Origin: a virus
Lineage: Duplodnaviria; Heunggongvirae; Uroviricota; Caudoviricetes
Virus record (IMG/VR): IMGVR_UViG_3300028413_000003
Span: 187,141 to 251,140 of that record
DNA length: 64,000 bases
Reading direction: 5' to 3' (one strand)
Position 1 is the first letter of the stretch, and each line of letters begins with the position of its first letter. Made by a program: the position numbers and the translations under genes. The notes under the pieces are model-generated. The model saw nothing but the letters and a program-made list of their open reading frames with translations. It had not been told where the DNA came from and did no database searches. Below are positions 38,546 to 47,730 of the stretch, one piece after another.

Positions 38546-38810
38546 AAACACAGGCTGGCGACAACGAGAATTAGGCAAACTAATAAAATCACAAATTGAC
38601 GATACCAGTTATCAGCACCTTGTAAACAAAGGGGTGTGGCCAATAAACGGTATCCACAAAGGCAAAGAGATATCTGAGTTAACTGTTAGCTACTTGGAAT
38701 TTATTATTAGTAGATTTGACAAAACAAGTTATGCAAGACAAATAGCAATCAAAGAACTCGCTCAAAGGCAAAAAAAAAATAATTTTTTAGGCAAACATCA
38801 CAGTACATAA
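38529..38810 (+). CDS. Hypothetical protein (weak DUF3820/ExoX-C-like motif)
   Basis: WPINGIHKGKEISELTVSYLEFI resembles the PFGKHKG..I.E.P..YL.W motif; overlaps the upstream ORF. Confidence 0.45.
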   Translation: MPKKSKNTGWRQRELGKLIKSQIDDTSYQHLVNKGVWPINGIHKGKEISELTVSYLEFIISRFDKTSYARQIAIKELAQRQKKNNFLGKHHST

Positions 38811-39345
38811 GGTTGGCGGGCCAGATTATAAATTCTCCGCTGTGGAAAAGGTTACCGTATAGGAACACACGTAACATACTGATCAACTCCCCAGAGGGAG
38901 GAAGCCACCAAACAAATTGGGCTCACCGGTTGGTATAAATTGTTTACTGTCAATTGAAAAACACAACATAGTTCATAAAAACTCCTTAGCAATCGGAACG
39001 AAGCGGGAGGTAGTGCTGTGTATCTTATATTGTATATTATCTTTAGTATATGATGTTATGTACATGGCGCAATGTCGACGTAGGTTGGGAAAGGTCAGAG
39101 CCCAATGAACTTGTGTATAATAAATACCTATTTCCAAAGTCTATGGCTGGATATAACTCACATGAAGTAAATCTTTTAGACGACGGGGCCACACAAAGGT
39201 TCCGTCTGACCGAAACAATCTACATGAATATCTAGTGTTAATAGACGTTCACTATATGTATATTATAACTTTAAGCTTTTGTTATAAGAGATTGAAACGT
39301 GATTGAGCGACAGCGAAAGAACAGATGAACGTTAGTTCATCTAAT
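38811..39345 (+). ncRNA. Candidate large structured non-coding RNA
   Basis: ~530-nt gap with no credible ORF and many complementary segments, e.g. 38916-24/39098-106 (9 bp perfect), 39013-22/39061-70 and 39182-90/39198-206 (with G-U), 39093-98/39206-11, terminal hairpin 39323-42. Confidence 0.55.
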
Positions 39346-39348
39346 AAG

Positions 39349-39356
39349 TATAAATA
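39349..39356 (+). promoter_or_regulatory. T4-type late promoter TATAAATA (representative of a TAAATA family)
   Basis: TAAATA lies shortly upstream of structural genes. + strand: 39351, 41202, 46643, 47692, 54495. - strand: 524, 1451, 2935, 6985, 23801, 24277, 32577, 41243. A gp55-like sigma is encoded in the window. Confidence 0.75.
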
Positions 39357-39382
39357 ATATTAATGTAGTTAAGGATATGTAA

Positions 39383-40105
39383 ATGCAAGTGTACACTGTT
39401 ATATGCGAGAATAATGATCTAGTTGAATTGAATTTAGGACTGACCAAGCAGGGTCGTAATTTGAAGAGAGCTGACAAAGCAACTAGAGGATCATTGAAAG
39501 ATGAAGTTCAGTCCATGGAAGTTGAATTATTAACTTACATGAAGAACTCAGGAAACAAAACTGCCACACCGTCACTTGTAAAAAATTATTTAAATCAAAA
39601 AGGTCTTGGGACAGTTGGTAACCCAATTGTAGATGCTGCTGCTGATAAAGCTGCTGGACCTGGGGCTGTCGGAATGGACAATCCTCGCCAAGAGCCACCG
39701 TTGTCCGGTGGAGGTGCCCCTACTGGTGACACCAGTGCTCCTGCCCCCGGGAGTCCTGCTGCTGCTGAGCCACGCGAACGTGGATCGGTGGCAAAAACTG
39801 CCGACGGATCTGAATTCAAATGGTTGGGTAATCAATGGAGAGATTCAAGGACTGGTCGAATGGCAAGTAAAGCACAAAAAGCAGAATTAAATAATTCTTC
39901 ACCAACTGAAAGTATTTCTGAGGCAGAAGAAGAACCGTCACTGTCCAAAAGACAGATTAGAGGCATACTCAAGCAAGTAATCACCAAAGCTTATGGAGAC
40001 CAAGCAGGCTTCAGCAAAAGCAAGTTCGCCAGCAGTGCAGGCAGCGACGATACTGCTGCAATGATTGATAAATTAAAAGCACAGGGTTACAAAGTAACCA
40101 AGTAA
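39383..40105 (+). CDS. Hypothetical late protein with Pro/Ala/Gly linker
   Basis: 240-aa ORF behind TATAAATA and an AAGGA RBS. Confidence 0.7.
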   Translation: MQVYTVICENNDLVELNLGLTKQGRNLKRADKATRGSLKDEVQSMEVELLTYMKNSGNKTATPSLVKNYLNQKGLGTVGNPIVDAAADKAAGPGAVGMDNPRQEPPLSGGGAPTGDTSAPAPGSPAAAEPRERGSVAKTADGSEFKWLGNQWRDSRTGRMASKAQKAELNNSSPTESISEAEEEPSLSKRQIRGILKQVITKAYGDQAGFSKSKFASSAGSDDTAAMIDKLKAQGYKVTK

Positions 40106-40333
40106 TTACCAGAACGGTTGCTTGGTTGCCTTTGCTGTTTCTAGATTCTCTTTGATTAATTTATAAATAATTTCTCTATCTTCGACGCACATTTCGTAGG
40201 CTTCAGTTAGGCTCACACTGCCTCTCATAAACCAGCAAAGCTTGGATAAATCAAATTTTAATTGTTTGCATTGGCTTTCAAGGACCTCAACCTCCTCTAA
40301 TATCTTTTCAAGAGGCCAGGTTAAGATCCTCAT
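40106..40333 (-). CDS. Small baseplate/tail assembly protein (gp51-like position); possible -1 frameshift extension of the upstream ORF
   Basis: LCWFMRGSVSLTEAYEM..EDREIIYKLIKEN; ATGA overlap with the upstream stop, preceded by T TTT TTC. Confidence 0.65.
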   Translation of the reverse strand: MRILTWPLEKILEEVEVLESQCKQLKFDLSKLCWFMRGSVSLTEAYEMCVEDREIIYKLIKENLETAKATKQPFW

Positions 40334-41187
40334 GCGAAAAAATTTGTTTGGTCAAACGTTATTGGAACTTCAAATGTGTCGGGCGCGCCCTTTTCTCTAT
40401 CTTCGTCTGTTGTTGTAATTATTTGTGGCCTAACAGAAAACTTAACTTTCTCTTGGTCAATCCTGTCGATGATTGATTTAAACACTTCTTTCTCGGTGTT
40501 TTCAAAAAATTCAGTGATAAATTCGGGATCAGTAACAGCTTCTTCTTGATCGTATGTAACAGATGCAACTGTTTTTGCAAGTTGTCTGATGTTGATGTCT
40601 GTTAATTTGTCAAAACTCTTTGTAAACATTTCTAATTTTTGTACATCGTCGAGATCTCTGTCGTTGATTGTTTTAAAAATTCTTTGTTCTTCAAATGTTT
40701 TCATTGCTGTTTCAGTATACGATTTATAGTTAAGTGGACGAAGTTCAAAAGTATACGGGCCAAACACTACTATATTATCATATTCGTTGGCTGACAATGT
40801 GTCCAACATCACTCTTAGATCAACTGAGAACCCTTTTTCTTCATTGGTCTGTGGAATCTTAATTTCAAGATCCATCATTTCTCCATATGTTGCAATGCGA
40901 ATAGCAATTAGTATTGCATCGATGTCGATGCTTGGAACACTCCACGCATCTTTTATACTAGGAAAACAACTTTGAATAACACTCACTGTTGCCTGACCAT
41001 TTAGCAATGCATCTGGAGTTTTAAACATCAATTCGTCCTTGGCTGTCATTGCTAGCACTGGGAATTGATGGTTGTCAGGAATGTTAATTGCACCGTTGGG
41101 ATAGTACTGTCCTCGACTGGGTAATTCTACAAAAAGTTTGGGCTGTCTAAAATGTTTTGACAGTGGGTTCGGTGATGCGTGATCCAT
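40330..41187 (-). CDS. Baseplate hub/tail assembly chaperone (gp26-like); start ATG 41187
   Basis: NPLSKHFRQPKLFVELPSRG..Y, MTAKDELMFKTPDALLNG, IDIDAILIAIRIATYGE; GGAGA RBS. Confidence 0.75.
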   Translation of the reverse strand: MDHASPNPLSKHFRQPKLFVELPSRGQYYPNGAINIPDNHQFPVLAMTAKDELMFKTPDALLNGQATVSVIQSCFPSIKDAWSVPSIDIDAILIAIRIATYGEMMDLEIKIPQTNEEKGFSVDLRVMLDTLSANEYDNIVVFGPYTFELRPLNYKSYTETAMKTFEEQRIFKTINDRDLDDVQKLEMFTKSFDKLTDINIRQLAKTVASVTYDQEEAVTDPEFITEFFENTEKEVFKSIIDRIDQEKVKFSVRPQIITTTDEDREKGAPDTFEVPITFDQTNFFA

Positions 41188-41266
41188 ATATTTTCTCCGG
41201 CTAAATAATACTAACACTATATATCGATATATGTTATACACGTATTTAACCAGGATGATCTAGCCC

Positions 41267-43726
41267 GTGGATGAAGTTGAAATTAAAAATGTAGGCGGCC
41301 GAGGAGTCGCCAGTGAAGCAACATTACTACAACTAATAGATGCAGTCAAAGGTACCACCGGCGGATCTGGCAACAGTGATGCGCAGAGATTAAGAGACCT
41401 TTATAATAGATCCACAGCAGCCGCTACCAAAGAGCAAAGCAAATTTGTCAAAGGCATAAAAGCAGGTACTGGTGCAGTTGGTACATTTGCTGACAAGCTG
41501 CTGATAACTGGTAACAGACTTGGCGACTTTTCTGAAATGTTGTTGGGCAGTGGCAAAATAACTCTCTTTGTAAACTTTGTTGACAAAACAATCGATCAGT
41601 TTAGAGAACTGAGTTCAGTGGGCGGAAGTTTTAACAACAGCTTGTCTGATATGGTAAGAACCAGCCTTGACGCAGCAATGAACTTGGACGAATTTGTTGG
41701 AATGGTAAGAAGCAACAGTACTGAACTTGCTAAGTTCGGTGGTAGTGTAACCTCTGGTGCAAAACTTGTCGGAGAGTTTAGTAGAGACATTCGGATGGGC
41801 ATCGGTCAGCGTTTCTTTGAAATGGGCATGACCATGGAAAGTGTCAATGAATCGCTGATTGGATACATGACATTAGAAACCATGCGAGGAAAAAGAAACA
41901 TCAGAAGCGATGCAGAATCGCAAGCAGGCGCAGCTGAATACATCATGCAACTGGACAAGCTTGCTAAACTAACTGGCAAGCAACGCGAAGCATTAATGGA
42001 TTCTCAGGCAGCATTACAAACTGACGGCCAGGTGCGCAATCAAATTGCAAGAGTAGAAGAGAGGCTAGGCGCAGCAAAAGCTGAAGAACTTAGAGCAATT
42101 TATACTTTACAGGATAATGCACTTCCTGGCTTCCACAAGTCGTTGTTGGATCTCAGCGACGGAGTCGCACAATCCGATCTAGGCCGGGCATTGCAAAACG
42201 CAGTTCCTGGAATAACACAATTCATGCAACGAGTCGGTGCCGGATCGGTTAGCCAAGAAGAGTATGTAGATTTTATGGCTAATAATGTTCAGCCACATTT
42301 GCAACAATTTGCACGACAAATGCCTGACGCAACATTGCAGGTACTTAGAGGAATGGGCGGCGTGCAAGGAGCAATGGCGCAAATGGTTGACGATACATAT
42401 CAACTAAACAACATGGTAAACCTAAACTCTGAAGAAGCAGCGGCTGAACAGGAGAAGAGAAACAGAATAACAGGCACACTTGGCAAGTTTGAACAAGCAT
42501 TAGCAGCATTTAGATCTTTCTTGTTTACTACTTTCCTCGACAGTGAGTTTGCAACTGAGCTTGGAAGAATTGGTCAAGAAATGATGGATACATTTGGCGA
42601 AGGGGGTGGACCATTTTCTATGATGAAAACTACTATTTCTAATACTATGAGATATTTATTTGGCGAAACAGGCATATTTACTATTGGCTTAACAAAGTTA
42701 GCTAACTTTGTTAAGTCAGATAAATTCCAAGGAGTACTCGAAGGTGCCGGAATAGCGTTTGGTGTAATTACCGAATGGGGCAAAAACTTTATTGAAAATG
42801 TAGGCGAAGACGGGTTATGGATTGCGTTGCTTGAGGAAGTTGGTGATTTTGGTAGTATGATGTCTGGCGTATTTACTAGATTGTTTGAAAATGCAGAGTT
42901 GCGAAACTCTATTAGTACTGCATTTGTAAATGTTTCTGAATATATTATTCAAAAAATAACTGATCTCTGGGAAGGTTCCGAGGTGCAAGGCATGCTGGAT
43001 TCTATGAGATTATTTTTAGAAGATCAAATAATTAATTTATTTGACACACTTAACAATGGCTTCGCCGGACTGTTTATCAACGATAGAGCTCTAGAACAAC
43101 GCAGAGAAGACCAATCAGTGCAAAGGGAATTCGGCGGCGATGAAAACCGAGATTCCCTTCGCAACGAAATCTCAAGGATGCAAGCAGAAGTTGCTCGACT
43201 TTCAGGCCCCGAAAACACTAATCAGCTGGGCATGTATCGAGATCCTGAAGCGCTTTGGGCTGCTGAGAATCGACTAAGTGTGCTGGAAAGCCTGCAACAA
43301 TATTCGCAAGGCACAGACGGATTTGAACAATTTGGCGGCGGCACACCGGTTATGTTGCACGGATCAGAAGCAGTTGTTCCAAGAAATTCGCCTGCTGGTG
43401 AAATGTTAGCAAGTTTCTTTGACCAACAAAACAGTACAAACGGTTTTCAGAGCCCTAGTAGGTCAACACCGGCTGTAATGCACAACATTGCAACTTCTGA
43501 TACTGACATAGAAGATGTAGTAGAAAAGCTGTTGTCACAGCAGACAAAAATGATTTCTACAGACTCTGGTAATAACCAAACTGGCGTAATAACTGCACTA
43601 AATGAGCTAAATAGTAACATATTAAGATTGCTGGGAGCAACACAACAAGGTGTTGCAGTTCAGGAAAGAACAAGAAAAGGCCTACGCGGACTAGGAACAG
43701 ATATGTTCAAGGGTGCAGGCTTGTGA
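41267..43726 (+). CDS. Tape-measure-like protein
   Basis: 819-aa helical Ala/Gly/Met-rich ORF next to the chaperone pair; C-terminal GTPVMLHGSEAVVP motif. Confidence 0.65.
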   Translation: MDEVEIKNVGGRGVASEATLLQLIDAVKGTTGGSGNSDAQRLRDLYNRSTAAATKEQSKFVKGIKAGTGAVGTFADKLLITGNRLGDFSEMLLGSGKITLFVNFVDKTIDQFRELSSVGGSFNNSLSDMVRTSLDAAMNLDEFVGMVRSNSTELAKFGGSVTSGAKLVGEFSRDIRMGIGQRFFEMGMTMESVNESLIGYMTLETMRGKRNIRSDAESQAGAAEYIMQLDKLAKLTGKQREALMDSQAALQTDGQVRNQIARVEERLGAAKAEELRAIYTLQDNALPGFHKSLLDLSDGVAQSDLGRALQNAVPGITQFMQRVGAGSVSQEEYVDFMANNVQPHLQQFARQMPDATLQVLRGMGGVQGAMAQMVDDTYQLNNMVNLNSEEAAAEQEKRNRITGTLGKFEQALAAFRSFLFTTFLDSEFATELGRIGQEMMDTFGEGGGPFSMMKTTISNTMRYLFGETGIFTIGLTKLANFVKSDKFQGVLEGAGIAFGVITEWGKNFIENVGEDGLWIALLEEVGDFGSMMSGVFTRLFENAELRNSISTAFVNVSEYIIQKITDLWEGSEVQGMLDSMRLFLEDQIINLFDTLNNGFAGLFINDRALEQRREDQSVQREFGGDENRDSLRNEISRMQAEVARLSGPENTNQLGMYRDPEALWAAENRLSVLESLQQYSQGTDGFEQFGGGTPVMLHGSEAVVPRNSPAGEMLASFFDQQNSTNGFQSPSRSTPAVMHNIATSDTDIEDVVEKLLSQQTKMISTDSGNNQTGVITALNELNSNILRLLGATQQGVAVQERTRKGLRGLGTDMFKGAGL

Positions 43727-43750
43727 TTAGAAAAATTAAGGTAATATAAA

Positions 43751-46645
43751 ATGTCGTGGAAAAAATACTTCTCGCCTGTTCCGACAAGCATGAATCAGGG
43801 AGGCAGCTATAGTCCTTTTAGTTTCTCAAAAGGACAAGGGCTCGGTCCTGCTGCCTCTAATTATAGTTCACATCTTCCAGACGTTTATGTTGGCAATCCA
43901 AACCGTGTTGAACGCTACGGACAATACAACACCATGGACAGTGATTCTGAAATAAATGCAGCATTGGACATCCTTGCTGAGTTTTGCACTCAAAAGAACA
44001 AAGAAAACAACACACCATTTAAAATTGAATACAATGGCGCGCCTACTAACAGCGAAGTGCAAATTCTAAGTCAGTATCTTCACCGGTGGGCAAAATTACA
44101 AGAATTTGAAACTCGTATGTTTAGAATTATTAGAAATATTTTCAAGTATGGTGACCAATTTTTCCTAAGAGACCCTGAAACCAAAAAGTGGTTCCATGTT
44201 GATCCTGCTAACTTGAGTAAAATTATTGTAAACGAAAGTGAAGGCAAGCGTCCAGAGCAATACATGGTTAAGGATATAAACATATCATTTGAAAGCTTGT
44301 CGGCGACCAAGCTAAACACCACTAATGCATACGGACCAAACGGCGCAGGAGGCATGGGCGGACCGTCTATGGGCAGCGGCGGAGGCGCACCCGGAAGTAC
44401 ACCAGATTTGAACACAAGTAGATTCTCAAACGAATCGAACGAGACAGCAGTTGATGCAGAACATGTTATACACATGTCTCTTAGCGAAGGAATGGATCAA
44501 AACTATCCGTTTGGCAACAGTTTGCTGGAAAGCATCTTCAAAGTTTACAAGCAAAAAGAATTACTAGAGGATGCAATCATCATCTACCGCGTTCAGCGTG
44601 CGCCAGAGCGCAGAGTATTTTATGTAGACGTTGGCAACATGCCAAGTCACCTTGCTATGCAGTTTGTGGAAAGAGTAAAAACAGAAATTCACCAAAGACG
44701 AATTCCATCGAAGACAGGCGGAGGTCAAACTGTTATTGATAGTTCATACAATCCGTTGTCTATCAATGAGGATTATTTCTTCCCCCAGACCTGCCTTTCA
44801 TTAGAAACACCAATACCGTTATTAGACGGAAGGACGCTAACGTTAGATGAAATAATTTTAGAATATAAAAATGGCAAGCGTAATTGGACTTATGGGTTGA
44901 GCAACATTACTCATGAAATGGAATCAGCTGAAATCAAGTGGGCTGGTATCACTCGTAAAAATGCTAAAGTTTTAAAGATAACACTGGACAACGGTGAAAC
45001 CATCACCTCTACGCCTGATCATAGGTTCATTATGCGCGACGGTAGAGAAGTAGAAGCTCAGCATCTTTTAATCAATGACAGCTTAATGCCGCTAGAATTG
45101 CGCGATGGATATTCTGGTCCAAAACAAAAAAATAAAAAATACACAAGGTACCGTAGTAACAACGAAGGAAGTATTAAGTTTGTTCATGCTACTGTGGCAA
45201 ACAAGCAGCCGGGAAAAGATACTCAAGTTCACCATGTTGACTTTAACAGCAAAAACAATAATCCGACTAATTTACAAGTACTGTTAACTGCGGATCATAT
45301 TGAATTACATAGGAATGCAGGTTCATACAGCATTAATAAGCAGTGGAGTAATCCAGAATCTCGACAAAAGTTATTAGACGGAATGAAGAACTTGTATGCC
45401 AATTCGGATAGTTGCTTTATGGAAAAAATCAGTAAGCGCAATCAAAAAAATGCGTTAGCTGGATGGTCTAAAATTTCAAGAGAATCAAGACAGTCTGTTT
45501 ACAAGTCATTACAATTATCAAGAAACAAAAACTCAGCTGCTAAGACAATAAACTTCTCAATAAACATGTTTAATAAAATGAAGGAAGCATTTGATACTGG
45601 CAATGATAGTATTTCTAAGTTATCAGTGCATCTTCAAAATAACGAGGAATTTCAACAATCATTCAAAGATGCAAATACAAATTTAAAGAGAGACAAAAAT
45701 AAAAGCAGCAACTTACAGGTTACTGATACTACTCTTAACAAGATTGTAGGAGTAGTAGGATATAGAACATTTGGCGATTGGAAAAAAGATTATACTGGTC
45801 AGCATAGTAAGTTCTCTAACAAACAAAATCACAAAGTTGCGGCTATTGAATGGTTAACTGAAACTATGGACACTGGAGATATTACTGTTTTAAGTGACAG
45901 TAACAGCCATTGGTTTGGACTAGCAGCTGGAATATATGTTCACAACAGTGAAGGTAGAGGATCAAAAGTTGAAACACTTCCGGGCGGTACCAACCTTGGA
46001 GAGATTGACGACTTAAGATACTTTACCAACAAATTGTTACGCGGTCTTCGTATTCCCAGTTCGTACCTTCCAACCGGTGCCGATGATAGTGCAAGCCAAT
46101 TCAATGACGGACGTGTTGGTACTGCTTACATTCAAGAGCTACGCTTCAACAACTATTGTGAACGACTACAGAGCCTTGTTGCCGAAGTGTTTAACAAAGA
46201 ATTTAAACTTTATCTAAGTCAAAAAGGCATCAACATCGATGTTGCAATGTTTGATCTGAAATTACAGCCACCGCAAAACTTTGCAAGCTATCGACAAGCA
46301 GAACTTGACAGCAATAGAATTTCAACTTTCTCATCTATGCAAGCTGTTCCGTTTATTGCCAACCGTTTTGCGTTAGAGAGATTTTTAGGATTGTCCAAGG
46401 AAGAAATTGCCACCAACGAAAAGCTTTGGAGAGAAGAAAACGAAGATGAGTTTGAAACAGGCGAGCAAGATGCAAGCTCTCAAATGAGAGATGCTGGCAT
46501 TACAGGCGCAGATATTAGTGCAGACATGGGTGCAGCAGATGGACCAGACTCTGATATAGACTTAGATGATACAACCGGTGACGCAAGTGCATCGCCTGGA
46601 GCATCTGCAGATACACAAGGCGGCAATGCGCCGTTTGGGTCATAA
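43751..46645 (+). CDS. gp20: Portal protein (gp20-like) containing an intein; predicted mature length 579 aa
   Basis: LLEDAIIIYRVQRAPERRVFYVDVGNMP, EDYFFPQT|SEGRGSKVETLPGG.NLGEIDDLRYF, ELRF. Confidence 0.93.
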   Translation: MSWKKYFSPVPTSMNQGGSYSPFSFSKGQGLGPAASNYSSHLPDVYVGNPNRVERYGQYNTMDSDSEINAALDILAEFCTQKNKENNTPFKIEYNGAPTNSEVQILSQYLHRWAKLQEFETRMFRIIRNIFKYGDQFFLRDPETKKWFHVDPANLSKIIVNESEGKRPEQYMVKDINISFESLSATKLNTTNAYGPNGAGGMGGPSMGSGGGAPGSTPDLNTSRFSNESNETAVDAEHVIHMSLSEGMDQNYPFGNSLLESIFKVYKQKELLEDAIIIYRVQRAPERRVFYVDVGNMPSHLAMQFVERVKTEIHQRRIPSKTGGGQTVIDSSYNPLSINEDYFFPQTCLSLETPIPLLDGRTLTLDEIILEYKNGKRNWTYGLSNITHEMESAEIKWAGITRKNAKVLKITLDNGETITSTPDHRFIMRDGREVEAQHLLINDSLMPLELRDGYSGPKQKNKKYTRYRSNNEGSIKFVHATVANKQPGKDTQVHHVDFNSKNNNPTNLQVLLTADHIELHRNAGSYSINKQWSNPESRQKLLDGMKNLYANSDSCFMEKISKRNQKNALAGWSKISRESRQSVYKSLQLSRNKNSAAKTINFSINMFNKMKEAFDTGNDSISKLSVHLQNNEEFQQSFKDANTNLKRDKNKSSNLQVTDTTLNKIVGVVGYRTFGDWKKDYTGQHSKFSNKQNHKVAAIEWLTETMDTGDITVLSDSNSHWFGLAAGIYVHNSEGRGSKVETLPGGTNLGEIDDLRYFTNKLLRGLRIPSSYLPTGADDSASQFNDGRVGTAYIQELRFNNYCERLQSLVAEVFNKEFKLYLSQKGINIDVAMFDLKLQPPQNFASYRQAELDSNRISTFSSMQAVPFIANRFALERFLGLSKEEIATNEKLWREENEDEFETGEQDASSQMRDAGITGADISADMGAADGPDSDIDLDDTTGDASASPGASADTQGGNAPFGS
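44792..45946 (+). mobile_element. 385-aa intein with HNH homing endonuclease in the portal gene
   Basis: Starts CLSLETPIPLLDG; block B ITSTPDHRF; HNH motif VHHVDFNSKNNNPTNL...HIELH; ends GIYVHN followed by Ser+1. Confidence 0.92.
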
Positions 46646-46653
46646 ATAATAGT

Positions 46654-46905
46654 ATGATAATACGTGAATTATATTACTTTGACAAAGAGACAATGGAGCC
46701 CGTTGACGACGAACGTTATGACGCAGGCGAAGACGATTCCATTATGGACATTGATGACTTGCGCAAAACGAGACTTACCTTAAAAGACATAAACAAGGCC
46801 CGGCGCGCAGACGACATGCATAGAAAAGAAGCTAATAAAGACTTGGATCACATTAAAGCAATGTACGGCATTGCTGCGCAGATGCAAGAGCAACCTCCAA
46901 TGTAA
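46654..46905 (+). CDS. Small head-module protein
   Basis: 83 aa after the portal gene behind TAAATA; RKTRLTLKDINKAR...MYG. Confidence 0.7.
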   Translation: MIIRELYYFDKETMEPVDDERYDAGEDDSIMDIDDLRKTRLTLKDINKARRADDMHRKEANKDLDHIKAMYGIAAQMQEQPPM

Positions 46906-46915
46906 GGAGATTCTT

Positions 46916-47632
46916 TTGACCAAAGATCTTTTACCAAACGAAACAACACAACAACGTAAAAACAGGAAGCGTGACGAAAAAGCTGTAATCCGTGAACAAA
47001 ACTTAATTGTTGAAAAAATAATTCCAACAACCACATACACTAGTGTTGCATTTGTGTTAGGCAACGGGGTTAGTCGACAGAGTATCAATCCATTTGACCT
47101 TGGAATTCATGGAATTACATATGGCTGCAACGCACTGTATAGAGAATTTTCGCCCGACTACCTGATTGCAGTTGATACTAAGATGGTTAGAGAAATTGCA
47201 ACTGCTGGGTATCACAAACTACATTCTGTGTGGACTAATACAAACAAATACTCAAAAGAGATTGTAGGATTAAATTTATTTGACCCGAACTTAGGATGGA
47301 GCAGCGGCCCAAGTGCATTAAATTTAGCAAGCACCCACGAAAATAAAACAATTTATATTTTAGGATTTGATTACAAAGGTATTGGAAACAAAAATGAATT
47401 AGTGAACAACGTGTACTCGGGATCGGCTAACTATAAAAATGTCAACGACAGAGCAACTTACTTTGGAAACTGGCAAAAACAAACAACAAGTTGCATTAAA
47501 AGAAATACAACGGTTAAATACATACGTGTAATTGAAACAGCAACTTCATTTATACCCGACACGTTAATAGGAATACCTAATCTTACTCATATAACAGTTG
47601 AAAATTTTAAGAAGAGATTTAGACTAGTATAA
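46916..47632 (+). CDS. Glycosyltransferase-like protein (Maf/DUF115/sialyltransferase-type fold); probable TTG start 46916
   Basis: AFVLGNGVSR, YGCNALYR, PDYLIAVD, WSSGPSAL, IYILGFD; AAGGAG RBS. Confidence 0.6.
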   Translation: MTKDLLPNETTQQRKNRKRDEKAVIREQNLIVEKIIPTTTYTSVAFVLGNGVSRQSINPFDLGIHGITYGCNALYREFSPDYLIAVDTKMVREIATAGYHKLHSVWTNTNKYSKEIVGLNLFDPNLGWSSGPSALNLASTHENKTIYILGFDYKGIGNKNELVNNVYSGSANYKNVNDRATYFGNWQKQTTSCIKRNTTVKYIRVIETATSFIPDTLIGIPNLTHITVENFKKRFRLV

Positions 47633-47644
47633 GGTAAATAAATG

Positions 47645-47666
47645 AATGGGCTCGTTTGGGCCCATT
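47645..47666 (+). terminator. Hairpin, possible terminator
   Basis: aatgggctc-gttt-gggcccatt (one G-U pair); the T tract is offset by about 10 nt. Confidence 0.35.
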
Positions 47667-47730
47667 TCGGCATACTTTTTTTAATTGTATGTAAATACAA
47701 TTGACAGCCTTGGACATACAGGAGAACAAC

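Noticed and set aside
38571-38796. 10-bp direct repeat TTAGGCAAAC (38571, 38787) as a target-site duplication
   Set aside because: Both copies lie inside the ORF, there is no transposase or terminal repeat, and chance cannot be excluded.
38917-39235. Two ~60-aa ORFs in the non-coding gap
   Set aside because: No RBS, non-ATG or weak starts and atypical composition; the region is better explained by RNA structure.
38811-39345. Group I/II intron, RNase P or tmRNA identity for the structured gap
   Set aside because: No interrupted gene flanks it, and I could not find the P7, domain V, RNase P P4 or tRNA-like consensus. TCAGAGCCCA only loosely resembles the group I R element and its partner lies upstream.
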